From positions 1 through 64,000 of the forward strand of contig CAVUMN010000004.1 of NCBI GenBank assembly GCA_963742735.1: a stretch of DNA of 64,000 bases, given 5' to 3'. Positions 9,904-19,500 of the stretch are shown piece after piece. The position numbers and the translations under genes are program-made. The DNA comes from an uncultured Actinomycetes bacterium (GTDB lineage: Bacteria > Actinomycetota > UBA4738 > JBBDTT01). Each line of letters starts with the position of its first letter. Position 1 is the stretch's first letter. The notes under the pieces are model-generated. The model saw only the letters and a program-made list of their open reading frames with translations. It searched no databases and had not been told where the DNA came from.

Positions 9904-9934
9904 CCTGCGTGCCCGTACTACGGGGGGCTACGGC

Positions 9935-11898
9935 TCACTCGTAGTTGTCGGTGCGGCAGGGGTTGCCGCCGCACACGTCGATCACCGCGCTGTTCGGCGA
10001 GAGGAACGCCGACTTCTGGTTGCGTGCCGCCACGGTGTTGCGCGGGAACGCGTGCGGATCCAGCCCGCCGCGGTTGGGGATGTTCAGCGCCGGCGGCGGC
10101 GGTGTCTGAGGGCCGCCGTCCCAGTAGACGATCGCCGAGCCCTTGAACGGGAAGCTCCCGATGCTCGGGATGCCGAACAGCGGCGTCTTGTCGGTGGAGC
10201 GTCCGGCGTCGACCGCCGGCCGGTAGGCGCGGGCGCCGATCGTCCGCGCCTCCACGTCGGACATGGCGTTGGCCACCTGGTGGTCGCCGATTGCTACATG
10301 GAGGAGCACCGTGTGCTTCGGGGTGTGCCGCGGCGGCCTATTGGTCACGTGGTAGGCCCAGCCGTTGGTCTCGCCGCGGTCCCAGAGCATCTGGATCAGC
10401 GACACGATCAGCAGGCGCGTGCCGCCGTCCGGGTAGGCCGGCCTGAATACGGCGTTGTAGGTGTCGAAGTCGACCGAGCGCGGGAGCAACGTGCCGTAGT
10501 TCATCGTCGCCACGCCCAGCACGGCGCGCCGCCAGTCGGGCGCGACCGCGGTGGCCAGGCCGCCCAGGATTGCTCCCTGCGAGTTCGAGTCGAAGTAGAG
10601 CTGCGACGTGTCGAGCAGCTTCTGCGCGCCGGCGCCCTGGAACGCGGCGTTGGCCGCGAAGCCCTGTGGATGCGCGAGCAGCCGCCCCAGGTAGAGCGTG
10701 TTGAGCACCCCCTGCTGGAGGCGGTCGGCCAGCGACGGGAACTTCGAGATGTCCTGGAGGATCGAGACCGCGTTGGGCACATCGGCGCTCGACATGCCCG
10801 CCCAGTCGGTGGCGCAGAACGTGAAGTCGTGCTCCGCGCTCATGTTCTGGATGTTGATCTCCTCGATCTGCTCGTGGGAGCCGAGCAGGCCGTGGCCATA
10901 GAGGGCGATCCGCGAGGGGGCGGCGAAAGCGGCGCGCGGGATGTTGCACTGGAACGGCGCCAGCGCGACGTTGCCGGGAATCTGCGTAGGGAGCGCGTCG
11001 CGCTTGGAGCTCGAGTAGTGGTAGCGCGAGCCAGGCGGGCAGCCGGCCTTGTCGAGGTAGCAGGGGACCGTGAACGTGCCCGAGATCCTGCGGGCGATGA
11101 GCGGGTCCTGGGCGGGTGTGAAGTTCTGGACCGAGCTGATCGAGAACGCCGGCGCCCGGCCCTGGATGACCCCGTCGCCCAGCTTGGTGTCGCCCAGCTG
11201 CCTGAATGCGTCGGCGCGGATCTTGAGCAGGCGGGCCGTGAGCGACTTGTCGCTCGCCACCGTGAAGTTCCACGTGAGGTACACGCTCGAGCGCCTGACC
11301 TTGGCCTTCTTCAGGGCCTTGCGGAGCTTGCTCGAGGTGGTGCGCCAGAGGCCGCGCGGGGCGCTGTGCTTCAGGTTGCGGAGCACGACCACGTAGCGGC
11401 GCCCCGACACCAGGTTCTTCGCCGGGTGGATGATCAGGTTGCGGCTCGCGGCCGGCGCGTCGCCGGCGTCAAGCTCGCCCCAGACGATCTGGCGCCTGCC
11501 GGTCTTCTCGTCGAGCAGCAGGAGCGGCTGCCTGCGGCCGCGGTACCTGGCCAGGTCGTTCACGGGCACGATCCCCGAGCGCCTGAACTGCGCCTGTGTC
11601 TTCAGGAAGGGCAGGTGCACGGTGATCGGCTGGCCCGGGCTGAAGCCGTCGTTGCGGTTCCACTCGCGCGGGTCGATCCGCGAGCCGCGCGTGTTCGCCG
11701 GCATCGCCGAGCGGACGAAGGCCACGCGCCGGCCGGTGGGCGTCTTCGAGTCGCGCTTGGTGAGCGCGTGGTCGTTGGGGAACGGGAGCAGGCAGCCCTT
11801 CTTCGGCACGCCGTTGCACTTGGCCGCCTCCGCTCCGCGGGCAGCGCCAGGGCGGTGGAGGCGAGGGCCAGGATCACGAGAAGCGGTAGGCGGCGCAT
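9935..11898 (-). CDS. Secreted alpha/beta-hydrolase-fold protein with N-terminal Ig-like domain (frameshift near 11830)
   Basis: Signal MRRLPLLVILALASTALA (ORF 11602..11898); CLLPFPND, NRNDGFSP; YGHGLLGS oxyanion-type motif; SNSQGAILGG elbow; GDHQV; DPH. Confidence 0.7.
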
Positions 11899-11929
11899 GG
11901 CGGCACCGTACCGCGCAGGCTCGGAACGC

Positions 11930-12982
11930 TCAGTCGCCGGTGAGTGCGCGGAACGTCTGCTCGGCCTCGGCCACGAGCGTCGCCACCACCTCGGCCGCCG
12001 GAACCGCGCGAGCGAGCAGCGCGCCCTGACCGGCGAACATGGGGAAGAAGTCCGCGGGATCCGCGCCCGCTTCGCGCAGCGCCGCGGTCAGTGACATCTG
12101 CGCCGGATAGGGCAACGGCTCCGTGACCTCCTCGGTGCCGCGGTTGCGCAGTACGCGCGCGGGCCGGCCGGAGTACGCGCGCGTGATCGTGGTGCGCTCG
12201 GCGTCGGCGGCGCGCAGCGCCTCGCGGTAGAGAGCCGGGGTGGCGCTTTCCGGGCAGGCGAGGAAAGCCGTGCCCACCTGTGCGCCGCCGGCTCCCAGCG
12301 CCAGCGCCGCGGCCAGCCCGCGGCCGTCCGCGATGCCGCCCGCCGCCACGACCGGGACGGACACGGCGTCCACCACCTGCGGCACGAGCGCGAGCGTGCC
12401 CACCGGCCCGTCGTCGCCCTCCACCAGATAGCTGCCGCGGTGGCCACCGGCCTCGCCACCCTGAGCCACCACGGCATCGACTCCGCGCTGCTCCAGATCG
12501 CGCGCCTCGGCAACCGTGGTGGCGCTCGCGAGGATCGTGATACCCGCCTCGCGACAGGCGGCGAGCGCGTCGCCTCCCGGCAGCCCGAAGTGGAAGCTCA
12601 CGACCGCGGGGCGGATCTCGAGCAGCGCCTCGAGCCGCTGCTCGTCAAAGGCGAACGGCGGTGTGGAAGGCTCGGGCGGGTCACCGAGTCCGAGCTCCTC
12701 GTACAGCGGCGCGATCGCGGCCCTGGCCGCGGCGGCCGCGGCGGCGTCCACGCGGGGTGGCTCGTGGCAGAAGAAGTTGAGCTGGAACGGCCTGTCCGTG
12801 GAAGCGCGGACCGCCGTCGCCTGCTCCCGGAGCTCGGCCACATCGAGGACGGCGGACCCCAGGCCTCCCAGCCCGCCCGCCGCGCTGACCGCGGCCGCGA
12901 GCTCCGGCGTGGCCATCCTGGCCATGGGCGCCTGGAGGACCGGATGCTCCACTCCGAGGAGTTCGGTGACCCGCGTGCGCAC
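11930..12982 (-). CDS. Nitronate monooxygenase family flavoprotein
   Basis: HPVLQAPMA, AVSAAGGLG, VVSFHFGLP, AQGGEAGGHRG, AAGGIADGRG, GTAFL, SGRPAR. Confidence 0.92.
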   Translation of the reverse strand: MRTRVTELLGVEHPVLQAPMARMATPELAAAVSAAGGLGGLGSAVLDVAELREQATAVRASTDRPFQLNFFCHEPPRVDAAAAAAARAAIAPLYEELGLGDPPEPSTPPFAFDEQRLEALLEIRPAVVSFHFGLPGGDALAACREAGITILASATTVAEARDLEQRGVDAVVAQGGEAGGHRGSYLVEGDDGPVGTLALVPQVVDAVSVPVVAAGGIADGRGLAAALALGAGGAQVGTAFLACPESATPALYREALRAADAERTTITRAYSGRPARVLRNRGTEEVTEPLPYPAQMSLTAALREAGADPADFFPMFAGQGALLARAVPAAEVVATLVAEAEQTFRALTGD

Positions 12983-13089
12983 GGGCTCCGAGGCTACCCC
13001 CCTTTGCGCCTGCCGGCCACTCCGGATAGGGTCGAGTCCTGACCTCACGCCCCGAAATCGATCCGCGCTCGGACGCCGATCCCAGGCCG

Positions 13090-14337
13090 GTGGACGAGGT
13101 GCTCGTGACCGAGCGCGAGGAGTGGGTCGACGGTCCGCCCTACGAGCTCTTCAAGCGGATGCGCTCGGAGTGCCCGGTCCACTGGACGCCCCGGATCAGC
13201 GAGTACCCCGAGGAGGACGGCTACTGGTCGGTGACCACGGCCGACGACGTCCACGCGGTCAGCCGCGACTGGCAGACCTACTCGTCGGCCACCGGCATCA
13301 CCGCCCTGCGCGACGCGATCATCCCGCTCGAGCTCACGCAGGCGATGTTCATCGGGATGGACCCGCCGAAGCACGACCGCCTGAAGGCGCTCTTCCAGCG
13401 CGGCTTCACGCCGAAGCGGATCGCCGAGCACGAACCGACCATCCGGGAGATCACCGTGGGTGTTCTCGACCGGCTGGAGGGCCGCGACGAGTGCGACCTC
13501 GTGACCGACGTCGCGCAGCCGGTCGTGTCGCGCGTGATCGGCAGCTTCATGGGCATCCCGCCCGAGGACGACGAGGTGTGGGCGCGGCTGATGAACACCA
13601 CGCTGGGCGCCGGCGATCCGGACCTCAACCCGGAGGGCGTGGAGTCGGTGATGCAACGCGACGTGCCGGAGATCTTCGAGCGCTGCGGCAAGCTGATCGC
13701 GGAGCGCCGCGAGAACCCCACCGACGATCTTACGAGCGTCCTGGTGCACGCCGAGGTGGATGGCGAGCGGCTCGAGGAGCACGAGATCGTCATGGGCTTC
13801 TTCCTGCTCGTGGCCGCCGGCAACGACAGCACCAAGGCCACGTACTGCAGCGGCATGCGCGCGCTGCTCGAGAACCCGGAGCAGCGCCGGAAGCTGCTCG
13901 ACGACCCGGCGCTCGTTGGCGCCGCGGTCGAGGAGTCGCTGCGGATGTTCCCCGCGTTCGCACACTTCGCGCGCACCGCCACACGAGACGCGGAGCTGAA
14001 CGGCGCGCAGATCGCCGAGGGCGACAAGGTGGTCATGTGGTACGTGTCCTCGAACCGGGACGAGTCGCGCTACGAGGACCCGGACAACTTCGACGTGACC
14101 CGCAACCCCGAGCACCAGGCCTTCGGCGCCGGCGGGCGCCACTTCTGTCTCGGCACGGCGCTTGCGCGGCTGGAGCTGCAGATCCTGCTCGAGGAGACCC
14201 TGTCCCGGTACCCCGCCATGGAGCTCGCCGGCGATCCGCAGTTCGTCGAGTCTCCATTCGTGAACCAGCTGAAGACGCTGCCCGTCCGGCTGGGTGGCTC
14301 CGGCTCAAGCCGCGGCCCCAAAGTGGCGATGGGCTAA
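13090..14337 (+). CDS. Cytochrome P450 (actinobacterial, CYP125/CYP124-like)
   Basis: MDPPKHDRL, AAGNDST I-helix, EESLR (ExxR), SSNRDE, FGAGGRHFCLG heme motif. Confidence 0.95.
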   Translation: MDEVLVTEREEWVDGPPYELFKRMRSECPVHWTPRISEYPEEDGYWSVTTADDVHAVSRDWQTYSSATGITALRDAIIPLELTQAMFIGMDPPKHDRLKALFQRGFTPKRIAEHEPTIREITVGVLDRLEGRDECDLVTDVAQPVVSRVIGSFMGIPPEDDEVWARLMNTTLGAGDPDLNPEGVESVMQRDVPEIFERCGKLIAERRENPTDDLTSVLVHAEVDGERLEEHEIVMGFFLLVAAGNDSTKATYCSGMRALLENPEQRRKLLDDPALVGAAVEESLRMFPAFAHFARTATRDAELNGAQIAEGDKVVMWYVSSNRDESRYEDPDNFDVTRNPEHQAFGAGGRHFCLGTALARLELQILLEETLSRYPAMELAGDPQFVESPFVNQLKTLPVRLGGSGSSRGPKVAMG

Positions 14338-14350
14338 GACACCAGAGAAT

Positions 14351-14434
14351 CTTCTCGACACAGGCACCCTCGTCGCGAGGCGGGTCCGCAAAGCCACGGA
14401 ACTCCGCCCGGAGTGCGCCGGGCTACCGAAGGAG
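14351..14434 (+). ncRNA. c-di-GMP-I (GEMM-I) riboswitch
   Basis: CTTCTCG-ACACA-GGCA..CTCGTC-GCGA-GGCGGG..CGCAAAGCC..CGG..ACTCC-gccc-GGAGT..CCGGGCTACCGAAGGAG. P1, P2 (GNRA loop) and P3 all pair; positions equivalent to Vc2 G20, A47 and C92 are conserved; it lies ~90 nt upstream of ATG 14523. Confidence 0.85.
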
Positions 14435-14522
14435 TGCCGCATCCACACGGCCGCCCAGCCAAGCGGTCCGTGGCGCCATAGGAACGTCGCAGGGGCTGCT
14501 CGTCACATAGGGAGAGGACGTC

Positions 14523-15689
14523 ATGTCCAGCCCCATCCATCTGAGGCGCATCGGGCCGCTCGCGGCTCTGCTCGCCGTTCTATTCGCCTTCCATGCCGGT
14601 CCCGCCGCGGCTCAGGTCGATCTCGGCACAACAGGCTCTTCGTGGTCCTCGGCGGCTCGACCGTCACCAACACCGGCCCGTCGGTGCTCAACGGAGACCT
14701 CGGCGTCTCCCCGGGTACGCGCTGGTGGGCTTCGGCCTTCCCGCCGTCGTCAACGGAGCCACTCATGCCAACGACGGCGTCGCGGCTCAGGCGCAACTCG
14801 ACCTGACCACCGCCTACAACGTCGCCGCCGGGGAGCCGTTGCGCCGGCCGACGACCTGACGGGCATCGACCTCGGAGGCCTGACGCTCGTCGCGGGGGCC
14901 TACGGGTTCGACACCTCCGCACAGCTCACCGGGCAGCTCACGCTCGACGCCCAGGGCGACCCGAACGCGCAGTTCGTCTTCGAGATCGGCTCGACGCTGA
15001 CCACCGCGTCGGCCAGCTCGGTGCTCCTGGTCAACGGAGCCTCACCGTGCAACGTCTACTGGCAGATCGGCAGCTCGGCCACGCTCGGCACCGGCACGGC
15101 GTTCCAGGGCAACCTGATGGCGCTCACGAGCATCTCGCTGAACAGCGGAGCCACCGTGCTCGGGCGGGCACTCGCCCGCAACGGCGCGGTCACCCTGAAC
15201 AACAACACCCTCAACGCCGCCGGGTGCGGCGCCAACACCACGCCCACGCCGACCCCGACGCCCACCCCGACCCCCACGCCCGGTGGCGGCGCCACGCCCG
15301 GCACCGGAGCCGGAGCTGGGCCCGGAACCGGAACCGGCGCGGGACCCGGCGCGGGACCCGGCGGCCCCAACAGGGCAGACCGGGTCACGCGCAACGGCAG
15401 GGCGACCGTGCGTCGCGGCTCACGCAGCTCCTGCACCGACGGCTTCCGGGCCACGGTGCGCGGGCGCATGATCGAGCGAGTGGTCTTCCGCTTGGACGGC
15501 AGGCGCGTCAAGGCAGTGAGGCGCTCCCCCTTCCGGATTCAGCTGAACGCCGGCCCCGGCCGGCACAGGCTCACTGCGCACGTGACCTTCACGGACGCGA
15601 CTCGGGCAAGGACGGTGGCGCTCAGATACCGCGCGTGTGCCGCCCAGCTGCTCCGGCCCCGCCAGGGCCCGTCGCGATTCACCGGATGA
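14523..15689 (+). CDS. Secreted DUF3494 ice-binding-family protein with PT/PG linker and basic C-terminal beta domain (compensating frameshifts ~14635-14840)
   Basis: FVVLGGSTVTNTGPSVLNGDLGVSPG; AQAQLDLTTAYN; DLGGLTLVAGAY; LTLDAQGDPNAQFVFEIGSTLTTAS; NVYWQIGSSATLG; GRALARNGAVTL. Confidence 0.92.
   Translation: MSSPIHLRRIGPLAALLAVLFAFHAGPAAAQVDLGTTGSSWSSAARPSPTPARRCSTETSASPRVRAGGLRPSRRRQRSHSCQRRRRGSGATRPDHRLQRRRRGAVAPADDLTGIDLGGLTLVAGAYGFDTSAQLTGQLTLDAQGDPNAQFVFEIGSTLTTASASSVLLVNGASPCNVYWQIGSSATLGTGTAFQGNLMALTSISLNSGATVLGRALARNGAVTLNNNTLNAAGCGANTTPTPTPTPTPTPTPGGGATPGTGAGAGPGTGTGAGPGAGPGGPNRADRVTRNGRATVRRGSRSSCTDGFRATVRGRMIERVVFRLDGRRVKAVRRSPFRIQLNAGPGRHRLTAHVTFTDATRARTVALRYRACAAQLLRPRQGPSRFTG
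15238..15366 (+). repeat. Low-complexity linker repeats (TP)n then (GAGP/GTG)n
   Basis: TTPTPTPTPTPTPTPGGG..PGTGAGAGPGTGTGAGPGAGPGG. Confidence 0.8.
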
Positions 15690-16402
15690 GCCACGGGGCG
15701 CGCCCGCTGCTGGGCGTGGCGCTCCTCACAGCGGTCATCGGCTCCACGCTCACCGTCCCGGCACACGCCGCGGGCGGGAGCGTGCGAGCCGGCCGGCCGC
15801 TCGTGGTGCTGACGCAGGATCACGCCGTGCGTGCCCGCCCGAGCGCAGGCGCGCGCTGGGTCGAGTCCGTGGCGGCGCGCCGCCCGCTCACCGGCGTGCG
15901 GACCGTCCTTCCCGTCCTCGGGCGCACCGTTGGCCGCGGAGGGGCGCGCTGGGTGCACGTCCGGCTCCCCGGTAGGCCGGCCGGACATCACGGCTGGATC
16001 CGCGCCCGTCACACGAGACGATCGTCCACCGAGTGGCGCCTGGTAGTCACCGTGTCCACCCGCCGCGTGACGGTCTACCGCCACGGCCGGGTCGCACGTC
16101 GCTTCAGCGCCATCGTCGGCAAGTCCTCGACACCCACGCCCACCGGCGGCTTCTTCATCGAGGAGGCGCTCGCGCTCGGCTCGCAGGTGGGCGGTCCGTA
16201 CGCGCTCGCCACGAGCGCGCGGTCGAGCGTTCTCCAAGAATTCGAAGGCGGCCCCGGCCAGATCGCGATGCACGGGGTCAACGGGCTCTCGGGCGCGCTC
16301 GGCTCGGCCGCGTCCCACGGGTGCATCAGGCTCAGCACGGACGCCATCACCTGGCTGGCCGGACGCATCGGCAGCGGCATTCCGCTGACCATCCGGGGCT
16401 AG
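15686..16402 (+). CDS. L,D-transpeptidase (YkuD family), exported
   Basis: ATGA overlap with the upstream stop; VGKSSTPTPTG; MHG....SHGCIRL catalytic motif. Confidence 0.92.
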   Translation: MSHGARPLLGVALLTAVIGSTLTVPAHAAGGSVRAGRPLVVLTQDHAVRARPSAGARWVESVAARRPLTGVRTVLPVLGRTVGRGGARWVHVRLPGRPAGHHGWIRARHTRRSSTEWRLVVTVSTRRVTVYRHGRVARRFSAIVGKSSTPTPTGGFFIEEALALGSQVGGPYALATSARSSVLQEFEGGPGQIAMHGVNGLSGALGSAASHGCIRLSTDAITWLAGRIGSGIPLTIRG

Positions 16403-16558
16403 CGCCCCCGAGCCTGACCCGCCGCTTGTGGCAAAGGCCACTTTTCGGCTCCACGCCTGGCCTGGACGCTGCTTGCAAGCGGCCGCTCGCGTCCAGGCGA
16501 ATACGCGGAATCGCATTTACTTTCGGTTAGGGACCTCGAACGGAATCGGGACGGACCT

Positions 16559-19500
16559 TTGCCGGGACTCAGGCAGGAAGCCATTCGTAGAAAGCCGCGC
16601 GTCGCTGCGCTCATGCTGCTCGCCGCACTCACGGCGTGCGCGCTCGCCCTCGCGGTCGGCTCGGCGCTGGCCGCCGGGGCTCCGGATACCTCCATCACCG
16701 CCGGGCCGTCGGGTACCTACCGCTCGGGATCGGCCCAGTTCACGCTCTCCTCGGGAACGGGCGGCGCCACGTTCGAGTGCTCCCTCGACGGCGGCGCCTT
16801 CGAGCCCTGCTCTTCGCAGCCCAGCTTCGAGGTGGCCAACGGCTCGCACCGGCTCGAGGCCCGCGCCGTCTCGCCCGGCGCGTCCGGCACGCCCGACCCC
16901 ACCCCGGCGGCGCGCACGTGGTGGGCCGACGCCAGCTTCCAGAACGGGAACTTCGAGACGCCCGCCGCCGGCTGGACCAGCCAGGGCTACACGGTGCCGG
17001 GCTTCGGGTGGAGCGGAGGAACGCTCCAGGTGGTGGCCGGAGGCCTCGCGGGCAGCAAGAAGGCCGGCCTGTTCACAGCCTCGGGCTCGGGCTCGCCCAC
17101 GATCTCCACCGCTCCCGATCCCTACAACGCGATCGGCGCCGGCGTGACCCTCACCGCTCAGGGGTCGATCCGCGGGCAGACCAGCGGCCGCTCCATCTGC
17201 CTCAAGCTCCGCGAGTACCAGCCGGGCACGAGCGGCGACACGCTGGTGAGCTCGGGTCAGACCTGCGTGGTCACGAACGGCTCCTGGCAGTCGTTCCCGG
17301 CGCTCACCTACACGACGCAGCAGAGCGGCAGCTACGTGGACGCGCTCGTCTTCCAGGCCACCAGCGGCGCGGCCGGGGAGACCTTCTACGTCGACGGGCT
17401 TTCGGTCAGCGAGCCGGGATCGCCGGCGGTGCCGGCGCTGCCGGAGGTGCAGGGCGATCCGGTGCTGCTGGGACTGGCCGACATCGCCTCCTGCTGGTCC
17501 GCCGGCGACGAGGCCACCGCACGGCTGCTCGACACCACGCCGGGCGTGATCGGGATCGCCGGCGACACCGAGCAGAACCACGGAGAGCCCGCCGAGTTCC
17601 AGGGTTGTTACGAGCCCACCTGGGGCCGGCACAAGTGGCGCACCAAGCCGGCCGTGGGCGACCACGAGTACGGGACACCGGGCGCTGCCGGCTACTTCGG
17701 GTACTTCGGCTCCGCCGCTGCAACCAACGGGAAGGGCTGGTACAGCTACGACCTCGGCAGCTGGCACATCGTCGTGCTGAACAGCAACTGCGATCTCGTC
17801 GGCGGATGCGGACCGGGCTCCGAGCAGTACGAGTGGCTCGAGAACGATCTGGCGCAGAACGCCGGGAGCTGCGTGGGCGCCTACTGGCACCACCCGCGCT
17901 GGAGCGCAGGAGCCACGCACGGCTCGCTCACCAAGAGCGCCCCCTTCTGGGACGTGCTCTACGAGTACAGCGCCGAGTTCGTCTACAGCGGGAACGACCA
18001 CACCTACCAGCGCTTCGCGCCGCAGACCCCCAGCGGGCAGTTGGACCAGGCCCGCGGCATGCGGCAGTTCGTGGTCGGCACGGGCGGCACCCAGCACTAC
18101 CCGCTGAACACGCCACTGGCCAACACGCAGGTGCAGACCACCGGAACCTTCGGGGCGCTCAAGCTCACTCTCCACGCGAACAGCTACGACTGGAGCTTCC
18201 TCCCCCAGGACGGACGCTCGTTCACCGACACCGGGTCCACGAACTGCTCCCCGCTCACCAACGACACCCGGAGCCCCGAGACGACCATCGACTCAGGGCC
18301 CACCGGTCTCGTGGCGTCCACGATGGCGAGCATCTCGTTCTCGTCCAACGAGGCCGGCTCGACGTTCGAGTGCAAGCTCGACTCCGGCGCGTGGCAGGCC
18401 TGCACCTCGCCGCGTGCGCTCACCGGCCTGGGCCAGGGATCGCACACCTTCCGTGCACGCGCCACAGACCCCGCCGGCAACGTCGATCCCACCGAGGCCA
18501 CGCGCACGTGGACCGTGGACACCGCGGCGCCCGACACGAGCATCGGCTCCGGCCCGACCGGCACGGTCGCCTCCACCAGCGCGAGCATCTCGTTCAGCTC
18601 CACCGAGTCCGGCTCGACCTTCGAGTGCAAGCTCAACGAGGGCGCCTGGCAGACCTGCACGTCGCCGCGCGCCCTCACGGGACTCGCCCAGGGCTCGCAC
18701 ACTCTCTCGGTACGCGCCACCGACGCCGCCGGCAACGTCGATCCGACGGAGGCGGCGCGCACGTGGACGGTGGACACGCAGGCCCCCGACACCTCGCTCA
18801 CCGGTGGGCCCTCCGGCCTCGTGGCCTCGACCTCGGCCAGCTTCCCGTTCAGCTCCACCGAGTCCGGCTCGGGCTTCGAGTGCAAGCTCGACGACGGCGC
18901 CTGGGAGACCTGCACCTCGCCGCGCGCTCTATCAGGCCTCGGGCAGGGAGCCCACATCTTCCGCGTTCGGGCCACCGACGCCGCCGGCAACACCGACCAG
19001 AGCGAGGCCGTGCGCACCTGGAGCGTCGACACGGTCGCGCCCGACACCTCGATCGGATCCGGTCCGACCGGCACGGTCGCGTCCACCTCCGCGACGCTCG
19101 GATTCAGCTCGCCCGACCCGGACGCGACATTCCAGTGCAAGCTCGACGACGGCGCCTGGGAGGGCTGCTCCTCACCCCGCGCGCTCACCGCACTCGTGCA
19201 GGGCGCCCACACCTTCCGCGTGCGCGCCGTTGACGCGGCCGGGAACACCGACGCCACCGAGGCCACGCGCTCGTGGACCGTGGACTCCGTCCCGCCCGAC
19301 ACGACGATCACCGCCGGGCCGAGCGGGCCCACCGCGTCCACCGCCGCGAGCATCTCGTACAGCTCCACCGAGGGCGGCTCGACCTTCGAGTGCAAGCTCG
19401 ACGACGGCGCCTGGCAGACCTGCACCTCGCCGCGCGCCCTCACGGGACTCGCGCAGGGCGCCCACACATTCCGCGTGCGCGCCACCGACGCCGCCGGCAA

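Noticed and set aside
9581-12094. Long antisense or off-frame ORFs (e.g. 9581..12094, 12516..14510, 16636..19233, 45934..49120, 51028..53571)
   Set aside because: Shadow ORFs typical of high-GC DNA; they overlap genes with clear motifs and are Arg/Ala/Pro-biased
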